Assembly (NCBI GenBank): GCA_051362555.1
Contig: CM120646.1
Span: 5,766,001 to 5,830,000, forward strand
Length of the DNA stretch: 64,000 bases
From: Lingula anatina
Taxonomy: Eukaryota > Animalia > Brachiopoda
Direction: 5' to 3'
The notes beneath the pieces are model-generated. The model was not told where the DNA came from, made no database searches, and saw nothing but the letters and a program-made list of their open reading frames with translations. Below, one piece after another: positions 52,086 to 62,147 of this stretch (positions within the stretch are counted from its first letter, which is position 1; each line of letters opens with the position of its first letter). The translations under genes were made by a program, and so were the position numbers.

Positions 52086-52801
52086 ATGAATAAATAATAT
52101 ACAATTCCAATTAACCATACGCATGGGTGCACACATAGGCCTACACTTATCTTAGATCAACCCAGATAGACATATGCTGATCCTGTTGTTTCTTTTTAAA
52201 ATCTTTTGGCAATTTTTTGGAAGCTTGAGATAGTTATCGTTAGTCAGGTACTTTATCACGTCAACTGGCCTTTTCAAAAATATCAGAGAATAACCTGAGC
52301 AGGCATCTTTCATCATAAGTATTCAACAACTGCTGGCGAGCTGCGATTTAGAGCGGTAGACCTACGATGGAATGCGGTAGTTGAGATCAGAATTCAGAGA
52401 AGTGGTAAATGACAAAGCACTGGTTGTGCCTATAAACTGTCATATTCATATTATAATTTTCATAATATGTAAAGCTGAACAATAACAAAACTAAAAATGC
52501 ACCAGTCCTATTTAAATTTGGATCAAAAGTCAAATTTTGATCCAATATGTTGGTCACTATATAGGCATACAAAGAACGAACTGGTCCATCCCTAACAAAA
52601 AAGTCGCACAACGTCATTAATTTTTACGGTTTGATTGCAACAACACTATGTATGTATGTATACACCACCCAGATTGCTTAGTGTAATTGTGAAATGTTAA
52701 GTGGGTTGTTGGTGCCGCTACATATAGCTAATATATTAGGCCTATATGGACATAAACCTACGCCAACATTTCATGACCTAACCCATTCTTGACCTTCAGA
52801 C

Positions 52802-52856
52802 TGACGTCATTTAGTGAGAACGAGGCTGGAATTAGGGGAATCCCCTTGGAAATTTC
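52802..52856 (+). promoter_or_regulatory. Duplicate CRE + NF-kB element upstream of TIR gene B
   Basis: TGACGTCA at 52802-52809; GGGGAATCCCC at 52835-52845. Confidence 0.55.
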
Positions 52857-53156
52857 GATGACTCTGGAATATTTTGTGTTCTTTCCAGCTCCGTGTAGGT
52901 TATAAAGTAGAGTTGATCCAGTTTTTTATACCAGACGAGACAAGGATATCGAGGCAAGAATGTTTATATGATGTTTTCATTTAAATGAAAAAAGTTAAAA
53001 CATTTCTGTAGGTCTGTCAAACAAGGAAACGAAAATAACTTTGAAGTATCGATCGATGAACTGGTATGGGACAATCGAACATGCATGTATAAAAATGGCG
53101 AAAAAACAGAACTAACTTGTTGACAATTAAGTTTCAAGGTTTATTTCAGCACTATC

Positions 53157-54160
53157 ATGGCAAGTTCAACTCTCCGACAACAACAGACACCGCAACGTTA
53201 CAGATATGACTTCTGTGTGGTGTATTACAACACGGATCAAGTAAGGGGGAACCCAGATTACGAGGACGGAAGTAAGAGCTTAAAGTTTGTTAAAACATTA
53301 GTGAAACTCTTAGAAAAGATCACATGGCCTTATGGTAATAATGCAAGAAAGCTCAGAGGCTACTATGCAGATCGTGATTTGCTCCCTGGGCGGATGATCA
53401 TAAATGAACATTTTCAAGTCCTGGGGGAGTCCCGCTACACGATCGTTGTTTTGAGTCCAGCCTTCATTCGAGATTGTTGGTCAGAATACGTCGCCCAGTC
53501 TGCATTCCGGGAGTTGATCGGTACGTCACGCTTTGTGCCCCTTGCCGTCCATGGCGTCCAATCCACCGATAGCGGCATCCCGAAACAGCTGAATGTCGCC
53601 TCCATAGTATTTTTCCGCCAAGGAGAAAGCCCTGAAGAAGATGAGAGCGCCTGGACCAAGGTGAAGAATACTGTGCTGTGTGAAAATCCACAACAAAGAG
53701 ACTTAGATGAACAAGTAGGAGCTAGTGGGCCAATAGTGCCAGACAGTGGAGACTCTGGTAAGATTTGCATGAAATTGTTTACCTCCACTGGCAGGCATAT
53801 TTCACTGTTCAAATGATGTTATATTGGTCCTGCCTGAGTAACTGTAAGTAATAATATATGATAACCAAAGGTCTGATTGAATTAATTTGAGATTTGCCTG
53901 GAATTTTATCCTTTTTTCCCTGGAAAAAAAATTATAGTAGACTTACAAAGAGGGCTACCAAATATAAGGAAATTAAACATTAAAGATAAGTAACTATGCA
54001 CTAAAAATGCATCAATGGATGTGCATAGCTTTAACCTCTAAGGAAAATATCAACAGAGGGAATAATAATGCATGAGAATTAATAATAATAGGCATGCTTA
54101 GTATGCAGTCCAAGATGCTGTCATTCATAGGGTATGGAAATTATCTGATCCGATGTGTTT

Positions 54161-54214
<54 letters not shown>

Positions 54215-55816
54215 AATATAACATAACGAAAACAGACATTTTCCAAATTAACCATTACATTTTACTTTAAAAAATGTTAATAATATATTTCATAAAGAAA
54301 GGGTAAATAATATATACGAACCTTTAAAAATTTTCTGGTGAGAATTACCTTTCCTTCTTGTGGAAACTTCACCAGTACCAGTTCACAATTAAATATATCT
54401 AATTTCAGCTTCAGTTTCCAGCAACATTCCTAATGAAGAGGTGGCAGGTGGGTGTGGCTACCAGCAAAGACCACGTGACAGTTCTGACTCCTCTCGGGAC
54501 ACTGCCCCATTACCTGGACAACAACGGGGCAATAACCCCCAAAATGTAGGTGTATACTTTCAACAAGAATACAGAACACTTATGGTGAAACTGATATTTT
54601 TATGATACGTTAGTGTAATTACCTCTGCCAAGGAGGTTATTTTTTTACACCTGTTTGTTTGTTTGTTTGTCATCAACAAAACTCAAAAAGTTATGGTCCT
54701 ATTTTGATGAAAATTTCAGGGTAGGTCAGAAATGGGTTAACTTAGAAGTAATTAGTTTGTGGTGGTGATCTGAATCAATAGTCAATCAATAATCTATAAT
54801 CATAAATCAATCATCAACATAACTCAAAAAGTTATGTACCGATTTTGATGAAATTCTTAGGAACTGTCAAAGATGGGCCAAGGAAAAGATCAAAAGTTTT
54901 TGGTGGTGATCCGGATCAATAATCAATCAATAATCAAAAATTGCTGCCTTGGCGGAGGTCTGCGCTCTCGGAGTGCTTTTCTAGTATAAATATTTTTTAT
55001 ATAAAAAATTAATGACAGAATTTATGAAGTTGGGCAAAAGTAGAGATTTAGTTAATGACTAAACATTAATCTTGTTTAAAGAATTATTTGTATGTGATTT
55101 ATTTCAATAAGTTAATGAAGGAATTTAAAAGTTTTCTTTATATGAATTTTTCTAGGGTCCATCTACTCCAGACGTGGAAGACCAGGGTGAGCTTTATATT
55201 TTTAGGGGGTGTTCAGAATAAACTTATGGCACCAGCAGGTTCGATCTATCTCTGCAAGGATTTTCAAAGTGCAGTCAATGTAATCAGATCAAGTGTCTGG
55301 CATGCTCCCTTGAGAAGCTAGGGGGTGATTTACTTCAGTGTGCGCTTGACTTAGTTACCTCTTAGCTGGTTTAGGAAGCATGTCAGACAATTAAGCTGAA
55401 TAAATTAATTGCACTTTAGTGAGAGTCCCAGCAGAGATAGATTGATCCTTCTGGTATGATTAGTTTATTCTGAACTCTCCTTTACATTACAGAATTTTTT
55501 GGGGCTGTAAAATATTGTTTTAATATAAAATGAACATTTTGTGTTTACGTACAATGCAGTCCAAAGTAAGTGAACTCTGCCTCATGCAGGGTATGCAAAC
55601 CTGTTATGTGAAATACTATATAAAAATTTTCTTATGATTTTATGCCCAGTTGGAACTTGCATATGCTGGGTTATAAGAACAATGGCACCATTTGTGACAC
55701 TTCCCAATTATGGTAAAGTTTTACTTTTAATAGGAGATAACATGTAAGAGATTTTTTTACTTAATAATGGACAGCAGTGGTGACCCAAGTGGTTTTCCTA
55801 GTTAATCAATCAATTA

Positions 55817-55858
<42 letters not shown>

Positions 55859-56415
55859 CTCTGATTTTGATAGGTGAGGGGTACACAGACAGCTACCAGT
55901 CCGTACATCCTAGCCCTACCCATCATGGCAACAACCTTGACCCTGCACCCAGTTTGTCTTGCTCTGCTCGATCACCTCTTAGTGTGAGAGATGCATCACT
56001 TCCCACGTTGGGACCTACCTACTCCTTGGGCGATGTAGAAGATGACCTTGACAGTGCCCAGATAAGTGCACAATCTGACAATCTGGGGAATGCTGCGGAT
56101 GCTGCTGATGCTGCTGATGCTGCGGATGCTGCTGATAATGAGAATGCACAGAATGACCCTTCTTCGCCACCAGGCCACATTCCCATGTCTTTGAACCTGC
56201 CGGCAGAAGAAGACAGCTCTGAATTCAATCCACGTGAGGCCTCAGCACCAAGAGACATGGGGCAGCTGTTAGGTGAACACTCACAAACAGAACCACAATC
56301 AAAGAGAGATTCAGTGCAGGACAGTGTAAATGACACCATGCCGTGGACATTTCAAGGAATAAGAAATACTTTACGCTCAATAAGTCACTCCTTGAGTGAT
56401 AATCTAGGGCTTTGA
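53157..56415 (+). CDS. TIR-domain protein B (~436 aa); exons 53157-53757, 54409-54545, 55156-55186, 55874-56415
   Basis: Paralog of gene A with the same splice sites. The net indels keep the frame and there is a (DAA)n expansion in the tail. Confidence 0.85.
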
Positions 56416-56662
56416 GAAAGCACCTGGTGGTAAATTCCAGTTGTAAGTGTTTTGTGAAAAATGAACTTAACTGGGGAGAATGTTCTGTGTCCAAACACTG
56501 ACATCTCTTACTTTCTTGACTGATATGAGACACCATAGTGTTTGCTACTGTGTCATATATAACATGTTTGTGTGTGTGGATAGATATAGAAAGAGATTCT
56601 CTATCTCTTTATACATATATATGAATTTACTATATACATATGTACATATATATATATATATA

Positions 56663-56789
56663 TGACATAAGAAATAAAAAACAGCAATTTTTTTACCCCG
56701 ACCAGTTTCATTGCATCTTCAGGGGTTTTGAAGATGTGATGAAACTGGTCAGGGTAAAATAACTGCTGTTTTTTATTTCTTTTTTGTCA

Positions 56790-56790
<1 letters not shown>
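56663..56790. repeat. ~125-bp hairpin made of two inverted Penelope-like terminal fragments with hammerhead-like cores
   Basis: AGAAATAAAAAACAGCA...CCCCGACCAGTTTCA is mirrored by TGAAACTGGTCAGGG...TGCTGTTTTTTATTTCT; related to 12361-12420; lies between (TA)n and (CA)n tracts. Confidence 0.6.
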
Positions 56791-56827
<37 letters not shown>

Positions 56828-57137
56828 AAGTCAAAACCAGTCACATAATAATCGGAATGGTTAATTATTCTTCATAAAAGTTTTTGCCTCCTTCAGGCTC
56901 TTCAGACAATAAAACTCTTGAAGTGTTCTACGACCATTGAGGCATGTTATGTTCAATGTAAATGTTGTGGGATTTTACCTTATTTTGAAATAGAAATAAA
57001 ATCAACTGTTGTGTACAATTGAAGGTTAAAGTGTAATTAACGTTTGTTTGATTATAAAACTACCAATGTTTTCAAAATACAGTGTTTCAAATGGATACCT
57101 TTATAATGCAAGTATTTTCTTTTTTCGTTCATATTAA

Positions 57138-58820
57138 AGGGATAAAATCTTTCCTGGGGTAAACAGCAATTTTCCATACTTACCAATGGTTAATGAATCC
57201 ATTTCTACATTCAAAGTTAGTCCCCGTTTTTTTTTCAATTTTTTCTAAATTTTATTATTTATTTATTTATTTGTAATAATCCCTTAAGAGATTATTACAA
57301 AGTAAAGCCATCTGTGGAGGTCACGTGGTTGGATGGCAAGCACAGATTTCAGATTTATTGCTCTAAATGTCTTTTTTTGTGGTTAAATCAGTAGGACACA
57401 TACTGTCGAAAAGCGGTGTACTTCGGCACGTCATGATTGTTGTTTTGCTACGTCCGCGTAACAAAATAGCCCGAGAACGGCGATTCGTTGAAAATGTGTA
57501 CGTTACACGTAAATCTATATTGCAAAAAATCTACAGTGGCTTGAACTTTTATATTTTAAAAAGTGAATAAGCATTTGTTCTTCTGTCGAAAAATAGCATA
57601 GTTTCACCAATAAACCGTAAAGAATTCTTTCCACCGCGTCCTGAATACAGAGGACGGAATTTTTTACAGAACCAAAAACGCAAATGTCTAGGGAGGGACT
57701 ATAATGCGAGAAATTTGTTTACAAATATAAAATTCGCTTAAATTGCAAAAAAAGATTGCTAAAGTATAAAGGTTTTCAATTTTTAAAGGAAAATCCCGCA
57801 CACTCTTTGGTTTGTCAGTCTCGACCGAAAATCTGGGAAGTTGTCAAAATCAGCGGAAATTTACTCCCGCGCAAAACCATCGAATAAAATACCCATTTTT
57901 GCCGTCTTTCAAGCAAATAAACACCTTTATTCACTCTAAAAAGTTTCAAACTAACCTCAAATTTCACATAAGGTGCTATGATCCACACTTTTCTCCTAAG
58001 CAGCAGACTACTGACCTTGAACTGGTTTGATTCGTAAATATCATGTGACAGAAGTCATGTGACATTCATCACTTTACAGTTGTACGTCGACAGGAAACTC
58101 GAACTGCATTGTGGGAGGGGGAAAGAGCGTGAACTCATGGCGCGAAGGCTCTTGAACACAAAATAATGACTACCTGCTGTGTTTCAAGTTGCAGAAATGA
58201 TAGAAGGTATCGAGAAAGGTAATTTCCCGCTAATTTTACAATTATGGACCAGAGTGTGTGATCGTCGAGGTTTTTCCCCATTATTCGGATACTCGCCGTT
58301 TTTGTTTTGCTCTATTTTTTCCCACAATGCAATTCTCACGCATGCGCGCAGCGATTTTGTAAGTATCTGTAAAGTGGTGAATGCTGATTGGGCCTTCAAA
58401 TTATGCATTTCTTAAGTCCAGTGTGATCACAAATAAGGTTTTCAGTTTATTAGGGCAATGATTGCATGAAATAATAAAAATGCAACTTAAAATTAATGCC
58501 GAAGAACCAATTTTGCCTCTCGTTTTGCGGGAGTTTGTCTGACCTATTTTCATTGGAAATCCCGCAATTTTATCACGAGGGTGGACAGGTGGAGTGAATT
58601 GTGCGGCCAGTTTCGAATTGCACCAAAACTTGCGGAAATTTGTGACCCACACATGTAAACTATGTATGAAGATTATAATGAGGTAGGTATAGATTTTCAA
58701 CAGAATTCAGAAGTTATACTTTATACGAAAAAAGTGTATGCCTTCCCCCCAACTTCAAGATCATGTTCGGTATAAAGTATTCACTGTGTCTACTTACTGA
58801 ATTGGTGAGTGATCGCTGTC
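57138..58820. mobile_element. Possible Kolobok-like non-autonomous DNA element (left end only), apparently interrupted by the LTR element
   Basis: TTAA|AGGGATA begins where homology with duplication unit A ends. No matching right end was found in the window, so the extent is uncertain. Confidence 0.35.
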
Positions 58821-58823
58821 TAT

Positions 58824-59051
58824 TGTTATGCTCTTTGATAGAATTGTAGATGGATCGTCAATCTAGACACGTCCGGTACGGAGTGCAGAATATTAGACAA
58901 TGATCTGTGACAGTTGTGATGTCACAATAGTGACGATCTCCTGCAGGGGGCGTGCTGTCCCCACCTGGCCTAGCTCACTCACCTGAGGTGGCCTATCTTG
59001 GCACATGAAGAGCAGACCAGGTGGAGGAAGGAAAAAACTCCGATCACAACA
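58824..59051 (-). repeat. 3' LTR of the Gypsy element (start at 59051 firm; far boundary at 58824 tentative)
   Basis: On the minus strand the PPT AAAAGTGGGGGGAA is immediately followed by TGTTGTG. The candidate end ...CATAACA gives an imperfect terminal inverted repeat. Confidence 0.6.
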
Positions 59052-59065
59052 TTCCCCCCACTTTT
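59052..59065 (-). other. Polypurine tract (PPT)
   Basis: Plus strand TTCCCCCCACTTTT reads AAAAGTGGGGGGAA on the minus strand and abuts the TG of the LTR. Confidence 0.8.
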
Positions 59066-59160
59066 ATTAAAAAGAGCCGAAAAAGGTAAAGTTTTTTCCC
59101 AGTAATAGCAATACATGTTTAAACATGTAAAAATATTTTTCAATAACAATGGCTTCCAGC

Positions 59161-59291
59161 CTCGATCAGACTGACGTTAATGCTAACGACATCACCGAGG
59201 TGATAGTCTGACGAGAAAAAATATAGGATTAAACTGTGACAACTGTTGATTCAGCAGTTAGTCACATCACTGATACAGTGATAGTCTATCC
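59161..59291 (-). other. Two tandem predicted three-way-junction RNA structures in the retroelement 3'UTR
   Basis: 59161-59215 and 59226-59291 share the architecture: outer AGACU stem, AUCAC..GUGAU hairpin, second hairpin. Stem sequences differ while pairing is kept. Confidence 0.6.
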
Positions 59292-59828
59292 ACAAAAATA
59301 AATACTGGAAAGCCAAAAAATGAAATCAAAAATTTGGGGACATTCCTAGGATTTGGCGGAAGATCAGAATACTAAATAAATAATAAAATGGAAATAAATA
59401 AACACTTGTGCTGGTGCACTGTACCTAGTACAGAGTAATAAACTGTGCTGCGGTGCTGTATTGCGTCCTGCAATATAGTGCTTCTGAAATACACATATTT
59501 GTGTACATAACTTGACAAGTGATAGATATATATAAGTGCTACAGGTGCCATTGTGCTCTTGTGCATCTTTGTATCTGTAAATGATATATAAATAAATAAT
59601 GAATGATAATCAAATAAAGAAATGAATAAGGTGAAAATAGGCCCACTGATGGTAACTTTCATAGCTCCGATGATCTCCCGGATCAGGAAGAGGAGAGGGG
59701 CTTCAGTGAAATTTGAATTTAGTAAGTACTAAGAAGAAATAGTTTTCATAATTTTCTAGAAATTTTTAAATTGTTCAAAAAAGAAGTAATTTTGTCATAT
59801 TTTCAATTTTTGTTTTCCAAATTTCTGG

Positions 59829-62120
59829 TTACTCCCTTTTATACAAGGAAGTACCATTTTGTGTAGTGATTTTTAAAATATGAGAGACATCCACCCCTCT
59901 GTGCCCCGCCAATATCTCTGCCGTTTCATAGAGAATAAAGGGTGTTGAATGGCCCCCCTTTTTGCGAGCAAAATAGGGGGCATCTGACTCCAAAAGAAGT
60001 TTGGAGTCAGGCACCGCCCTAAGTGCTGCTAGTTGATTTTTGTTAAAGGTGGCAGCAACCCGGGTGAAACCGAAAAAGGTATTTGGTTGCTGCCTTCCCC
60101 AAATTTCGAGAAGGGCCTTAGTGCCTGTAAAGCAGTGAAAATGGATCCTCTGGGACTGCGGAACGCCACACAGTTTCAGATGAAACAAAAGAGATCTTAT
60201 GGCGAACTCACAGTCTCCAGAGTCTCCCCTCACTCCCCTACAGTGCACAACCAGGACATGCCTGGCCTCTAGAAAAGGCAGAAGTCTGTGGAGCAACTCA
60301 ACCTGATCCTGCCATTTAGACATGGCTTCAGTGTGGTCGAAACCTACCTTGCCAAAAGCTGTTACTAGCGGCATCTTAACCAACTCTGAGAAAGCCTTAA
60401 TTGCCTGGTCCAGATTGCCCTGAGAAAGCTTGCCGGCTAGCCTCGGGTGAAAACCAATAGCTACATACTCGATCCCAGACAGAGTGGAAAGATACCCCTT
60501 AGTAGGATATGTCTTGGGATCGCAGTAAATAGCTACAGTTCCCACCAACTCTACCTCTTTCCCAGAGCAAACAGGAAGCAAACCCTTAAGACCCTCTAAC
60601 TTGCCAGAGTATGGAAGACCAAAGGCAGCCAGGGTTCTATCTAGATGATAGTGACTATCGAAAGCTTGCCTCCCTGACTTACTTTGTTCCCCCGCCTCCA
60701 GACAAGTTTCTGGCCTGGTGAACCCTTGAATCCACAACGACCTCTGCTGCTCCGTTATAGAAGCAGACAGCTGTGTCAGGACTCTCCAATCCACCAGGAC
60801 CCCGACAGAGTTAGCTGGGTATAAGGTGAAACGCACTGGAACCGGTTTATTGAGAAATTTACAGAAATTTTCCATGGCAGTAATTTGGATTGAAGAAAAA
60901 GTGCCATGGGCTAAATTTAATTTATCTGGAAGAGCCGAAATGAACTGGTATAAAGTGTCCAGTTCTTTTTTAAAACCAAAAATGAAGAAAGTAAGCATCT
61001 CCAGTGCTTTAACCATTACACCCAAGATGTTGGGCTCAGGATTGGCGCGCTCATCAAAGATAGACGGGACATGCAGCCCCAGCGAATGCTGCCTGAGCAT
61101 CTGCTCATTAAGTTTCACCCCACACCCAGGGACCACACATTGCATCTCGGAGTGATCTTTCCTGGCCCTTTTGGGGTCAGGTCCAACCACTCCGGATGGT
61201 GTTTGGCTAGACCTTTTCGGTTCCCTGGTTGTAGGATGAGACAGCTCCGCTGACTCAACATGCCCATCCACCCCAGACTTTGCAGCAACCAACCCCTTGC
61301 CAGGTTTCTTACCACGCCTCCACCAAGGAGCTCTCTTCTTCCCCTTACGCTTACTGCCCCCCATGGGCTCAGATGGTACAGGCCCAGGAACAGGAACTTG
61401 GATCCCTGTTGGAGCAGCAGCTTCAGGGAGGTGTGAACCTGAAGAAGAGGAGATAGAAAAGTTGAAAGGGATGGCGGTATTTTGCAGCAGTGATGCGCCT
61501 GGCTTAGAAGCTTCCGGAGCAGCTGGAGGTTTCACGCTGGTTTCGGCATCCTTTGGGACTCCAAGAAGTCTGTCCTCCTCAATGGAGTCCAGACTGGAGT
61601 TGGGGTCGATGTTACTTGACCCCACACCAAGTTCAGCCTCAACCAATTGCGATTCCACCTCCATAGGCTGGACCGAGCCACTCCCATCGACCACCTGGGA
61701 AATGAGTGTTATGTTTGGGTCCTTCCCAAGCCTGAAATCACGAGTTTTTTGTCCATCGTACTCCACGGAGGGAGCAGATTTCAAAACTCGTGCAGGAGGG
61801 GTGAAATTTTTGGGAAGGCGCCAAACATTCTTCTCAATCCAGTTTTTAGACGCAAGCCCACTAGATTGTAGTTGGTAGGCCACTTGCTGCAACCATGCCA
61901 GAGACATGGCATACCTACCGGGAGCATGAAGCTCCTTTTTATAAATGGTAGCCATCCCAGCCACCAGTGTTTTGAAGTAGCTGCTGTGATCTTCCCCAGG
62001 CAGAGCCTGGGCCAAATCCTGGACAAACTGGGTTCCAGGGACATCTATAGGTGAACAGTGCTGTAATCTGAGTGAAGTCTCCTTCACAACAGGTGCTACT
62101 TCCGTGATAGTATTGGCCAT
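59829..62120 (-). CDS. tatD: Retroelement accessory ORF (763 aa): low-complexity/basic N-terminus, C2H2-like finger, C-terminal TatD-family nuclease domain
   Basis: TatD TIM-barrel motifs in order: FDSHYHLD, AIGFHP, FGKVGFDH (for GExGLD), VVHCR, HFHCFTG, LLESDAPY. Intronless and located between pol and the PPT. Confidence 0.88.
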   Translation of the reverse strand: MANTITEVAPVVKETSLRLQHCSPIDVPGTQFVQDLAQALPGEDHSSYFKTLVAGMATIYKKELHAPGRYAMSLAWLQQVAYQLQSSGLASKNWIEKNVWRLPKNFTPPARVLKSAPSVEYDGQKTRDFRLGKDPNITLISQVVDGSGSVQPMEVESQLVEAELGVGSSNIDPNSSLDSIEEDRLLGVPKDAETSVKPPAAPEASKPGASLLQNTAIPFNFSISSSSGSHLPEAAAPTGIQVPVPGPVPSEPMGGSKRKGKKRAPWWRRGKKPGKGLVAAKSGVDGHVESAELSHPTTREPKRSSQTPSGVVGPDPKRARKDHSEMQCVVPGCGVKLNEQMLRQHSLGLHVPSIFDERANPEPNILGVMVKALEMLTFFIFGFKKELDTLYQFISALPDKLNLAHGTFSSIQITAMENFCKFLNKPVPVRFTLYPANSVGVLVDWRVLTQLSASITEQQRSLWIQGFTRPETCLEAGEQSKSGRQAFDSHYHLDRTLAAFGLPYSGKLEGLKGLLPVCSGKEVELVGTVAIYCDPKTYPTKGYLSTLSGIEYVAIGFHPRLAGKLSQGNLDQAIKAFSELVKMPLVTAFGKVGFDHTEAMSKWQDQVELLHRLLPFLEARHVLVVHCRGVRGDSGDCEFAIRSLLFHLKLCGVPQSQRIHFHCFTGTKALLEIWGRQQPNTFFGFTRVAATFNKNQLAALRAVPDSKLLLESDAPYFARKKGGHSTPFILYETAEILAGHRGVDVSHILKITTQNGTSLYKRE

Positions 62121-62147
62121 ATCTGTAATAACAATGAAAAATAATTA

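Larger units (their letters stand above)
44676..57131 (+). repeat. Direct segmental duplication: unit A ~44676-50745, unit B ~51420-57131
   Basis: Colinear high identity through upstream DNA, exons, introns, microsatellites and shared MITEs. Confidence 0.95.

Noticed and set aside
59829-60670. TatD ORF as bacterial contamination or the host TATDN gene
   Set aside because: It is fused to a long eukaryote-like low-complexity N-terminus, is intronless, and lies between a Gypsy integrase and a PPT/LTR in contiguous animal DNA.
61297-61878. 193-aa plus-strand ORF and other short ORFs antisense to the TatD/pol ORFs
   Set aside because: Shadow frames of GC-richer coding sequence with no recognisable motifs.
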